In this document: piece after piece, positions 19,508 to 27,834 of the stretch | Layout of the letters: each line of letters begins with the position of its first letter | How positions within the stretch are numbered: the first letter of the stretch is position 1 | Origin: Gemmatimonadota bacterium | GTDB taxonomy: Bacteria > Gemmatimonadota > Gemmatimonadetes > Gemmatimonadales > GWC2-71-9 | Assembly: GCA_003221895.1 (NCBI GenBank) | Contig: QHUJ01000118.1 | Location: 3,925 to 67,924 of the forward strand | Reading direction: 5' to 3' | DNA: 64,000 bases | Position numbers and translations under genes: made by a program | The notes under the pieces: model-generated | The model's database searches: none | Seen by the model: only the letters and a program-made list of their open reading frames with translations | Told to the model about the DNA's origin: nothing

Positions 19508-21172
19508 TCACGATGCCTTCCGATAGACCACTTTTCCGCCCACCATCGTGTACCGCGGCTTGATCGTGCCCAGAGACTCAGCCGGCACCGTAAATGGATC
19601 GCGGTCCAGGACGACCACATCGGCGAAGCGTCCCGGCGCCAACGTACCCCACTTCTGCTCGTTGAACGTCGCCCAGGCGTTCCCGTACGTGTACGCCCGG
19701 AGCGTTTCACCCAAGGTGATCTTCTGCTCGGGGACCCAGCCGCCCGGATTCTTGCCATCGAGCGTGCGCCGCGTCACGGCCGCGTAGACGCCGAGCATCG
19801 GGTCGAGCGGGGCCACGGTCCAATCGGAGCCGAATGCGAGAGGAGCGTCGGTGTCGTACAGCGTGCGGAACGCATAGGTGGTCTTGATCCGCACCGGACC
19901 GATACGCTTTTCCACCCAGCGACCGTCGTCGATCGCGTGGTAGGGCTGCATCGACGCCACCACGCGCTGCATCCCGAAGCGAGGGATATCCTGGGGTCGG
20001 AGGTGCTGGGCGTGCTCGACGCGGAAGCGGCGATCGCGCGCCCCATGCGCCCGCGCAACGCTGTCGTAGATCGCGAGCAGAATCGCATTGGCCCGGTCGC
20101 CGATGGCGTGCACGGCGATCTGCAGCCCGGCTGAATCCGCCCCGCCGATCCATTTCCGCATGTCCGCTTCGGGGTGCTGCATCAAGCCGCGGTAATTCGC
20201 TGAATCGGAGAACGGCTCGAAGAAGAATGCGGTGCGCGAACCGGCGGAGCCGTCCATGTATCCTTTTACCCCACCGATGCGCACCCAGTCGTCTCCGACA
20301 TTGCGCGCGACGCTCTCAGCGACCGCCTGCCAGCTGTCGAGCGGCAGATACAGCGACACCCGCAGCGTCTGCCGGCCGGCGTGCTCGAGCCGCCGGTAGC
20401 TCGCGAGATCGGCGAAGGACGCCGACATGTGCGCGGTCGCGGTGACGCCGAGGGCCGCCGCATGCGCGAGCGCACGCGCGAGCGCCGAGTCGCGTTGCGC
20501 GGGGGAAGGGTCGGGCGCCGCGTGCCAGATCAGGTCCATCGCCCGATCCTTGAAGATCCCCGTGGGCTCTCCGCGAGCGTCGTGAAGGATTTCGCCGCCC
20601 TGGGGAGTTGGCGTCGCTTTGGTCACGCCAGCCGCGTGCATCGCCGCGGTGTTCGCCAGCGCCTCATGCCCGTCGAGGCGGTTGACGAATACGGGATTGT
20701 TCGGGGTGACGGAGTCGATCCAGCCGTGCTGCGGCAGCGTGGCGCCGGGCCACAGCGTGTGATCCCAGTCGCCGCCGGTGATCCACTCACCGGGCTTGAG
20801 TCGCGCCGCGTACTCTTTCAGCCGGCGAACGAATTCCTGCGGCGTGGCGGCGTCCCGCAGGTCCACCGAGGCGAGCTGAAAGCCGCCGTCGATGAAGTGC
20901 GTGTGACCATCCGCGAACCCCGGCATCACGAGGCCACCGTTGGCCCGGAGCACTTCGGTCTTGGAGCCGACGTAGCGCGCGATTTGAGACGAGTCGCCGA
21001 CCGCGAGGATCTTGCCGTCCGCAATCGCGACGGCTCCCGGCTGGCCCCGCCCGGTCGACAGGCCGGTCCACACGGTGCCACCCTGAACGACGACATCGGC
21101 CTTCCGGCCGCAGCCCCCCCCCCCGATCGCCACCAGCGCGAGTGCAACGAGAACGCACGGCCCAGGACGCAC
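19508..21172 (-). CDS. Amidohydrolase family (YtcJ-like metal-dependent hydrolase), probable lipoprotein
   Basis: HxH metal motif PGFADGHTHFIDGG plus later HAIGD and VEHAQH motifs. GTG 21172 is preceded by AGGGGGG and gives (M)RPGPCVLVALALVAIGGGGC. The ORF-track start at 21238 would overlap the upstream gene. Confidence 0.88.
   Translation of the reverse strand: MRPGPCVLVALALVAIGGGGCGRKADVVVQGGTVWTGLSTGRGQPGAVAIADGKILAVGDSSQIARYVGSKTEVLRANGGLVMPGFADGHTHFIDGGFQLASVDLRDAATPQEFVRRLKEYAARLKPGEWITGGDWDHTLWPGATLPQHGWIDSVTPNNPVFVNRLDGHEALANTAAMHAAGVTKATPTPQGGEILHDARGEPTGIFKDRAMDLIWHAAPDPSPAQRDSALARALAHAAALGVTATAHMSASFADLASYRRLEHAGRQTLRVSLYLPLDSWQAVAESVARNVGDDWVRIGGVKGYMDGSAGSRTAFFFEPFSDSANYRGLMQHPEADMRKWIGGADSAGLQIAVHAIGDRANAILLAIYDSVARAHGARDRRFRVEHAQHLRPQDIPRFGMQRVVASMQPYHAIDDGRWVEKRIGPVRIKTTYAFRTLYDTDAPLAFGSDWTVAPLDPMLGVYAAVTRRTLDGKNPGGWVPEQKITLGETLRAYTYGNAWATFNEQKWGTLAPGRFADVVVLDRDPFTVPAESLGTIKPRYTMVGGKVVYRKAS
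21114..21124 (-). repeat. Homopolymeric G11 tract (C11 on + strand) inside the signal-peptide/lipobox codons of the amidohydrolase
   Basis: Read directly: cag ccccccccccc gatcgc. On the coding strand this is ATC GGG GGG GGG GGC TGC = I G G G G C. Confidence 0.95.
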
Positions 21173-21182
21173 GGCTACCCCC

Positions 21183-21446
21183 CTAGCGCAGACGGGTGAG
21201 GTTACGAATGGTATCGATGGCGGCCATCGGATTTCCACCGGTCGCCGGCTTTGCCGGTGTGTGCTTCGTGCCGGTCAAACTGTCGCGAATATCGAGCAGC
21301 ACTTCCAGCAGCAGCTGCTCGCGCTGATACGCGGCGTCGAGATCCAGCATGCGGCGCTCGTCGCCCGCCTTCTTCGCTCGTTCGTACGCTTCGCGGTACA
21401 CCGTCTCGAGATTGTCGAGGATATGCTGGCGCTGCCGTGGACTCAT
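21183..21446 (-). CDS. Small hypothetical helical protein (87 aa from ATG 21446; TTG 21455 also possible)
   Basis: ORF MSPRQRQHILDNLETVYREAYERAKKAGDERRMLDLDAAYQREQLLLEVLLDIRDSL... has protein-like composition. It sits immediately upstream of, and on the same strand as, the amidohydrolase. Confidence 0.6.
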   Translation of the reverse strand: MSPRQRQHILDNLETVYREAYERAKKAGDERRMLDLDAAYQREQLLLEVLLDIRDSLTGTKHTPAKPATGGNPMAAIDTIRNLTRLR

Positions 21447-21472
21447 GGGGGCCAAAGATATAGGTTCCGCGC

Positions 21473-22003
21473 ATGACCCTCAAAGGGAAGCGAGTACTGA
21501 TCTTTGCGGCCGCGCAATACGAGGATCTGGAGCTGTGGTATCCGAAGATCCGCCTCGAAGAAGAAGGTGCGAGCACGACCGTAGCCGGGATGGGGGAGCG
21601 GACGTACCAGGGTAAGCGCGGCTACCCCGTGACGGTGGACACCAATGTCGAGCAGGTCGAGTCGTCCGATTTCGACGCGCTCGTGATCCCCGGCGGGTTC
21701 GCGCCGGATCAACTGCGGCGCTCGGAGCACGTGCTGCGGCTGACCAAGGAGATTTATCAAGCGGGCAAGCCGGTCGCCTTCATCTGTCACGCCGGTTGGG
21801 TACCCATTTCGGCCAAGATTCTGAAGGGCAAGCGCGCGACGAGTGTTCGCGCAATCAAGGACGATATGGAGAATGCCGGCGTCAGCTGGGAGGACAGCGC
21901 CGTCGTCGTCGATGGGAATCTGATCTCGTCGCGCACGCCCGCCGACCTGCCGCAGTTCTGCAAAGCGCTCATCGCCGCGTTACGACAGGGGCCGCACGAT
22001 TAG
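21473..22003 (+). CDS. DJ-1/PfpI family protein (type-1 glutamine amidotransferase-like intracellular protease/deglycase)
   Basis: KRVLIFAA..YEDLELWYP, DALVIPGG, nucleophile elbow AFICHAGW, VVVDGNLISSR. Confidence 0.92.
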   Translation: MTLKGKRVLIFAAAQYEDLELWYPKIRLEEEGASTTVAGMGERTYQGKRGYPVTVDTNVEQVESSDFDALVIPGGFAPDQLRRSEHVLRLTKEIYQAGKPVAFICHAGWVPISAKILKGKRATSVRAIKDDMENAGVSWEDSAVVVDGNLISSRTPADLPQFCKALIAALRQGPHD

Positions 22004-23215
22004 GCCGCTCGGCACTTTCGGCACGAAGTAGGTCGATTTCGGCGGCATCACATCGCCGGCATCCGCTACGGCGAAGACCTGGTCGACCCTGGTTGGATTG
22101 AGGAGTACGGCGACTGCCGCGCCGCCGTGCTGCACCGTCCGTATCGCTTCCTGTGCGTCCGCCACGTAGCGCACGATCGGTGTCGACGTGCTCGCGCCGA
22201 GGATTTCCTTCACCACGAACGTTTCGATGCGCGCGACATCGAGATCGCGCACCGCCTCGCTCTGCGCGAGGCTCGGCATACGGTCCGGGAGGGCGCCGGG
22301 TCGCAGCAGCAAGGCGATCAGACGCGAGCGATCGGCGAGCAGGCAGGCCGTCCGACCGTGGCCCAGCTCCGCGAGGTGCTTCACGGGATCCACCCCCGCC
22401 GGAACCGGCTGCACCTCGAACCAGTCGCGCAAACGCGGCAGCACGTGCTCGATTTCCCGGCCGGCGCCGAAGATCACGCGATGAGTCGGCAGCACGACGA
22501 GACCGGGGTCCTGAGCCGAGACGATCAACGCCAGGACGCGGTCCGCCCCTCGGTTCTCCTGCGCGTAGGCACTCGCCGTCTCGTAGCGATGGTGCCCATC
22601 GGCGATGTATAACGGACCATCGGGAAACGGGAAACGGGACACGTCGCGCGCGGTCCACAAGCGGATGCCGACGCCGTTGAGCTCCGCTGTCGCGTCGGGC
22701 TTTGCCTGTGTCGTTTCAGCCACCACGTTCGCGAGCGAGCGATCGCGATCGGGCGCGAGCAGAAAGATCGATTCGATGTTGGTCGCCGTGGCCCGGAGCA
22801 ACGCGAGGCGATCGGCTTTCGGTCCGGCATGCGTACGCTCGTGCGGCCGAATGCGGCGCGGCTCGTAGCCTTCGGCTTTGACAGCGGCAAGGACGCCGCG
22901 ACGCGTGCACCGCTCGCCCGTCGGCAACCTGAAATCCTGCGCCAGCACGTACAGCGCGGGCTCGGGATCACGCGTGAGGACACCCTGCGCGCGCCACGAT
23001 GCGAGCAGCTCCGCCGCGATCCGGTAGCGATCGTCGGGTGGTGCAGCCAGCGGTGCTTCCGGCAGCATGACGTGGACGATATTGTGTTCGTCGAGCGCCG
23101 CGTAGCGCCTGCGCTCATCCGCATCGATGACGTCATAGGGCGGCGCGATCAGCCGGCTGAGCTTATCACGAGCGGCGTACCGCTCTCCCCGGAACGGCGA
23201 GACGAGGTCAGACAT
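21980..23215 (-). CDS. DUF1015 domain-containing protein
   Basis: N-terminal PFRGERYA....LIAPPYDVI signature; 411 aa. Confidence 0.85.
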   Translation of the reverse strand: MSDLVSPFRGERYAARDKLSRLIAPPYDVIDADERRRYAALDEHNIVHVMLPEAPLAAPPDDRYRIAAELLASWRAQGVLTRDPEPALYVLAQDFRLPTGERCTRRGVLAAVKAEGYEPRRIRPHERTHAGPKADRLALLRATATNIESIFLLAPDRDRSLANVVAETTQAKPDATAELNGVGIRLWTARDVSRFPFPDGPLYIADGHHRYETASAYAQENRGADRVLALIVSAQDPGLVVLPTHRVIFGAGREIEHVLPRLRDWFEVQPVPAGVDPVKHLAELGHGRTACLLADRSRLIALLLRPGALPDRMPSLAQSEAVRDLDVARIETFVVKEILGASTSTPIVRYVADAQEAIRTVQHGGAAVAVLLNPTRVDQVFAVADAGDVMPPKSTYFVPKVPSGLIVRPLS

Positions 23216-23534
23216 GAGCTTTCACGCGGCGCAGCAGAGCGTGGATGGGTGGATCAGCCAGTTCGAGGAGGGCTACTTCGCGCCGCTCGTGAACGTGGCC
23301 CGGCTCGCCGAGGAAGTGGGTGAGCTGGCGCGGGAGGTCAATCATCGCTTCGGCCCGAAGCGCAAAAAGCCGGATGAGCCGGCGGGCTCGATCGCCATGG
23401 AGCTGGCGGATATTCTCTTCGTCGTCATCTGCATCGCGAATTCGCAGGGCATCGATCTCGATGAGGCCTTCACACAGATGATGGCCAAGGTCACCTCCCG
23501 CGACGCCGGCCGCTGGACCAGGAAGGCTCGCTGA
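23214..23534 (+). CDS. MazG-like nucleotide pyrophosphohydrolase domain protein
   Basis: EEVGELAREV ... ELADILFVVICIANSQGIDLDEAF, the typical MazG EExxE/ExxD helices; 106 aa. Confidence 0.85.
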   Translation: MSFHAAQQSVDGWISQFEEGYFAPLVNVARLAEEVGELAREVNHRFGPKRKKPDEPAGSIAMELADILFVVICIANSQGIDLDEAFTQMMAKVTSRDAGRWTRKAR

Positions 23535-24435
23535 CCTCCTCGTAGATCCGCTCGTACGACAGCAGCCGGTCGGGGTCAATGGCCCCCGGCGGCGCACCGC
23601 GAACGGCGCACCCCGGCTCGGTGAGATGCCGGCAGTTGTCGAAGCGGCAATGATCGAGGTACGGCCGGAATTCGGGGAAGCAGGCACCGAGCGCATTGCG
23701 GTCGATACCCCAGGCGCCAACCTCCCGTAACCCTGGCGTATCGACCACATAGCCCACGCCCGCAACCGGAACGAGTTCCGCCGCAACCGTCGTGTGCTTA
23801 CCGGTGCGCCATTTCTCGCTGATCTCGCCCACGCGCCGCTTGAGCCCCGGCTCGAGCGCATTCAGCAGGCTGGACTTTCCCGCGCCCGACTCTCCGGTGA
23901 ACACGGAATGCCGGCCACGCAGCAGGTCACGGAGCGCGGGCAGACCCTCATTCGCCTTCACGGACGTCGGCAGTACCTGATAGCTCGCGGACCCGAACCG
24001 CCCTGCCAGCACGACTGCCGCAGCGGGATCGAGCTCGGTCTTGTTGACGACGATCGCGGCGGGCAGTTCGTTCGCCTCGGCAATCACAAGGATGCGGTCC
24101 ATGAGACGCGGGTTGGGCTCGGGATCGCGGGCTGAGGTCACCACGATGACTTGATCGACGTTCGCCGCGATGGGCTGCATGCGTCGCGGTCCACCGCCGC
24201 CCGTGCTGCCGCCCTGCGCCGCCTGTCGCCTGAGCACCGATCGGCGCGGCCGGATTGCGGTGATCGTGGTGCCGTCCAGCGTGACGACATCACCGGGCAC
24301 GACGCGATCGTCATCCCGATACTTGAGCTTGCCGCGCAGCGTCACCGTCATCTCGCCCGCATCGGTGTGCACGCGATATCCTCCGGCGACGCGGACCAGC
24401 ACGACTCCGCTCGTCGGCGGGGGTGGGGGCGTCAT
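23491..24435 (-). CDS. rsgA: Ribosome small-subunit-dependent GTPase A
   Basis: Circularly permuted GTPase motifs VNKTELD, GESGAGKSSLLNAL, DTPG, and the zinc knuckle CRFDNCRHLTEPGCAV. ATG 24435 (MTPPPPPTSGVVL...) overlaps the upstream stop as ATGA. Confidence 0.92.
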   Translation of the reverse strand: MTPPPPPTSGVVLVRVAGGYRVHTDAGEMTVTLRGKLKYRDDDRVVPGDVVTLDGTTITAIRPRRSVLRRQAAQGGSTGGGGPRRMQPIAANVDQVIVVTSARDPEPNPRLMDRILVIAEANELPAAIVVNKTELDPAAAVVLAGRFGSASYQVLPTSVKANEGLPALRDLLRGRHSVFTGESGAGKSSLLNALEPGLKRRVGEISEKWRTGKHTTVAAELVPVAGVGYVVDTPGLREVGAWGIDRNALGACFPEFRPYLDHCRFDNCRHLTEPGCAVRGAPPGAIDPDRLLSYERIYEEVSEPSWSSGRRRGR

Positions 24436-24734
24436 GCGCGCTGCCGCTCGACACAGCGGTCGAGATGCGCTTTCACCTGCTCCAAGGTCAGCGCGAGCAC
24501 CGGCGCGAGCGCTTCGTCGGGCGTCGCGCCGAGGGCGAGATAGTCCGTCTCGAGATGGCCGACCGGCCGCGCGGTCTCGTCCCAGCGCACGAACAGCAGC
24601 GCCGCGCCGAACCATCCATCCGCGGCGACGTCATCGGTGAAGGTCGCGACGGAGTACGCCTGGCCGTCGGCCGCGCCGAACGCCGGTGGGCGTCCGTGCA
24701 CCTGCTGGTATCCCCCCAACGTCGTGTCGTCCAT
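24432..24734 (-). CDS. Hypothetical protein (100 aa)
   Basis: ORF with 4-nt ATGA coupling to rsgA, 2 nt downstream of the proline dehydrogenase stop. No recognisable motif. Confidence 0.6.
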   Translation of the reverse strand: MDDTTLGGYQQVHGRPPAFGAADGQAYSVATFTDDVAADGWFGAALLFVRWDETARPVGHLETDYLALGATPDEALAPVLALTLEQVKAHLDRCVERQRA

Positions 24735-24736
24735 TG

Positions 24737-25675
24737 CTAGCGGCGGTGCACCGATTCCTTGAGCACGTTGGCCGTGATGAACGCGATGTTGGCGGGGCGC
24801 TCGGCGAGGCGGCGCATGAGATAAGGATACCAGTGCGTCCCGAAGGGAACGTAGACGCGCATGTTGTAGCCTTCGCGCCGCAGCCTGTTCTGCAGATCCC
24901 GCCGCACGCCGTAGAGCATCTGGAATTCAAACCGGGCCGCTGTAATACCCCTGGTCCGGGCGAACGCCTTCGCGTGCGCAATGATCTTCTCGTCGTGCGT
25001 CGCAATGCCCGGATAGTTGCCGCGCTCGAGCAGCCGTTCCATACAGCTGATGAAATTCGCATCGACGTCTTTCTTGTCCGGGAACGCGACGTCGTCCGGC
25101 TCCTGGTAGGCGCCCTTGCACAGCCGCACTCGAGCGCCGAGCGCAATCATGGCGTCCACGTCGGCCGCCGTACGCCGCAGATACGACTGCAGGACCACGC
25201 CGACCGCGTTGCCACATTCCGGATAGAGAACATCGGTGAACAGCTCCAACGTCCTAGCCGTAAGGCTCGACTGCTCCATATCGATGCGAACGAACGAGTC
25301 GTAGTGCTTCGCCTTACTGATGATGGAGTTCATGTTGCGGATGCACAACGCTTCGTCGATCTCGAGACCCATCTGCGTGAGCTTGACCGACACATTGGCA
25401 TTGACGCGCGCGGCGTGAATCCGATCCAGGAGCTCGAGATAGGTCGCGCAGGCCCGTTGGGCCTCTTCCGCATGGAGGACCGATTCGCCGAGCAGGTCGA
25501 GCGAGACGGACAGTCCGCCGGCGGTGGCATTCAGCTCGCGCGCGGTGGCGATGGCGTCGGCGATGGTCTCACCGGCGACGAACCGCGACGCAAGCTTTCT
25601 CGCAAGCCGGTTTCTCCGGACGAAGCCGAAGATGCGCGGCTGTTCGCTCAACCACAGGAAGACGGCTCGAAGCAT
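24737..25675 (-). CDS. Proline dehydrogenase (monofunctional PutA-like)
   Basis: LSVSLDLLGE, TKMGL-type segment KLTQMGL, C-terminal FEFQMLYGVRRDL and RVYVPFG..WYPYLMRRLAERPAN are typical of the Pro_dh family. Confidence 0.9.
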   Translation of the reverse strand: MLRAVFLWLSEQPRIFGFVRRNRLARKLASRFVAGETIADAIATARELNATAGGLSVSLDLLGESVLHAEEAQRACATYLELLDRIHAARVNANVSVKLTQMGLEIDEALCIRNMNSIISKAKHYDSFVRIDMEQSSLTARTLELFTDVLYPECGNAVGVVLQSYLRRTAADVDAMIALGARVRLCKGAYQEPDDVAFPDKKDVDANFISCMERLLERGNYPGIATHDEKIIAHAKAFARTRGITAARFEFQMLYGVRRDLQNRLRREGYNMRVYVPFGTHWYPYLMRRLAERPANIAFITANVLKESVHRR

Positions 25676-27834
25676 CAGGAATAGAACTTGGTGCCGCGGC
25701 GGGCCTGCTCCTGTAGGACGTCGCTGGGTGCGAAGCGCGTGCCGTAGCGTTCAGCCAACCGCTCGAGGTCGGCGACGACACGCTCGGCGCTCAAGTCGTC
25801 TGCGTAGCGCAGCGGCCCACCCCGGAACGGCGGGAATCCGAAGCCGAAGATGGCGCCGATATCGCCATCGCGTGGGCTCCTCACGACGCTCTCGGCCAAC
25901 GCTCGCGCCGCTTCATTGACGATGCCGAGCACGAGGCGCTGCATGATCTCCGCCGGGCGGGGGCCGCCGTTGGGGTGGATGCCCAGCAAGCCGTAGACGC
26001 TTTCATCCACACCGCGCTTCTTGCCGCCCTTGTAGCTGTAGAATCCGCGCCCCGATTTGCGGCCGAGCCGGCCTGCTTTCACCAGGGCCGCAATTCCTGG
26101 TCCCGGCGGCACTGTCAGCCGGTCGCCGTAGGCCTCCTGCATTACACCGGCAACCTTGAGCGCGACATCCAGGCCGACCTCGTCGAGCAGTGTCACCGGG
26201 CCTACCGGGAATCCGAACCGCACAGCCATGCTGTCGATCTCTTCGATCGACGCCCCTTCGGCGAGGAGGTGGCCGACTTCGTTTGGGTAGGGGGCCAGGA
26301 TGCGGTTCACCCAGAATCCCGGGCTATCGCGCACGACGATCACGGTCTTGCCCATTCGCCTGCCGAATGCGACCGCGGTGCTCACCGTTTGCGCTGACGT
26401 ACGCGCGCCGGGAATCACCTCGAGCAACGGCATCTTGGCGACGGGCGAGAAGAAATGCATCCCGATCACCCGCTCAGGATCGTGGGCGGCTTCGGCAATG
26501 CGCGTGATCGGAATCGTCGAGGTGTTGGAGGCGAACACCCCCGTCGGGGGGAGGACGCCCTCGGCCTCCCGCAACACCTGTTGCTTGACACCGATCTCCT
26601 CGAACACCGCTTCGATCGTCAGTTCGGCGCGGCCGAAGCCTGCGTACGTATCGCCACCGGAGAGCAGCGCGACGAGCCGCTCGTACTCGTACTTGGTGAC
26701 GCGCCGGCGTTTGAGACGATCATCGAGAATCGCGCGCGCGGCGAGGATCCCTCGCGCGACACGGGCCACGTCGGAGTCCTTCATTCGGACGTCGACCTCG
26801 GCCTGAGATACCGCGGTGCCCGCAATGCCCGAACCCATGAAGCCCGAGCCAATGATGCCCAGACGCTTCACGCGCTCGGGAGGGGGGGCGTTCGGAACCC
26901 CCGGATCCTTTTTCAGCTGGTTCGTGGCGAAAAAGATTTGGACGAGCTTGCGGGAGACATCGGTCACCGCGAGTTGGCCGAACAACTGAGCCTCGCGCTT
27001 CAATCCCTCGGCCAGGCCGTGCTTCAAGCCGTGTTCGACGGCCTCGAGCGCGGCGAAGGGAGCGGGGTAATGTCCGCCGGTCCGCTCGAACACCTGTTTG
27101 CGCGCCGCGCGAAAGACGATGCCCCGGCCCAGCGGATTGCCGTCGAGCAGGAATCCCACGAATCCGCCGGGCCGCTTGCGTTTGGGTCGCCAGCCGCTTG
27201 CCATGCGCCGCGCCGCGGCGATCGTGATCTCGGCCAAAATCGGCGGAGGAACCAGCTCATCGACCATCCCCAGCCGGAACGCCTTCGCGGCCCGCTCGCT
27301 CTTGCCCGCCAGAATCATGTCGAGCGCCCCGCGCGCGCCGACCAGCCGGGGAAGTCGCTGGCAACCGCCGGCTGCCGGGAGAATGCCGAGCTGGACCTCA
27401 GGAAGACCGATCTGTGTCTTGGGATGGTCCGTGGCCACGCGGTAGTGGCACGCAAGCGCGAACTCGAACCCGCCGCCGAGACAGGCTCCATGGATTCCGA
27501 CCGCGATCGGCTTGGGGAAGCGCGCGACACGCTCGAGCATCTCCTGGCCATCGGCCGAGAGGCGCTCCGCCTCGGCGGCAGAGCCGAGCGTGACGAATTC
27601 TTCGATGTCGGCACCGGCGATGAAGTTGTCCGGCTTGCCCGAGAAGAATGCGACGGCGCGCACGCGCGCGTCGTCGGCGAGCGCGGCGAAACAGGCGAGA
27701 AACTCGTCCTTCACCGCGCGGGAGATGACGTTGACGGGCTGGCCTTTGAGATCGAGCGCGACGGTCGCGATGCCGTCGTTCACGTCCCACGTCACGGCGG
27801 GCGCGGACAGCGAGGGAGCAGTCGTGGTCGCCAC
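25675..27834 (-). CDS. fadJ: Fatty-acid oxidation multifunctional protein: enoyl-CoA hydratase/3-hydroxyacyl-CoA dehydrogenase (FadJ/FadB-like)
   Basis: Crotonase part FFSGKPDNFIAGADI, Rossmann LGIIGSGFMGSGIA, 3HCDH C-terminal domains. GTG 27834 overlaps the thiolase TAG (TAGTG), giving 719 aa. The ORF-track start at 28110 is an extension into the thiolase gene. Confidence 0.9.
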   Translation of the reverse strand: MATTTAPSLSAPAVTWDVNDGIATVALDLKGQPVNVISRAVKDEFLACFAALADDARVRAVAFFSGKPDNFIAGADIEEFVTLGSAAEAERLSADGQEMLERVARFPKPIAVGIHGACLGGGFEFALACHYRVATDHPKTQIGLPEVQLGILPAAGGCQRLPRLVGARGALDMILAGKSERAAKAFRLGMVDELVPPPILAEITIAAARRMASGWRPKRKRPGGFVGFLLDGNPLGRGIVFRAARKQVFERTGGHYPAPFAALEAVEHGLKHGLAEGLKREAQLFGQLAVTDVSRKLVQIFFATNQLKKDPGVPNAPPPERVKRLGIIGSGFMGSGIAGTAVSQAEVDVRMKDSDVARVARGILAARAILDDRLKRRRVTKYEYERLVALLSGGDTYAGFGRAELTIEAVFEEIGVKQQVLREAEGVLPPTGVFASNTSTIPITRIAEAAHDPERVIGMHFFSPVAKMPLLEVIPGARTSAQTVSTAVAFGRRMGKTVIVVRDSPGFWVNRILAPYPNEVGHLLAEGASIEEIDSMAVRFGFPVGPVTLLDEVGLDVALKVAGVMQEAYGDRLTVPPGPGIAALVKAGRLGRKSGRGFYSYKGGKKRGVDESVYGLLGIHPNGGPRPAEIMQRLVLGIVNEAARALAESVVRSPRDGDIGAIFGFGFPPFRGGPLRYADDLSAERVVADLERLAERYGTRFAPSDVLQEQARRGTKFYS

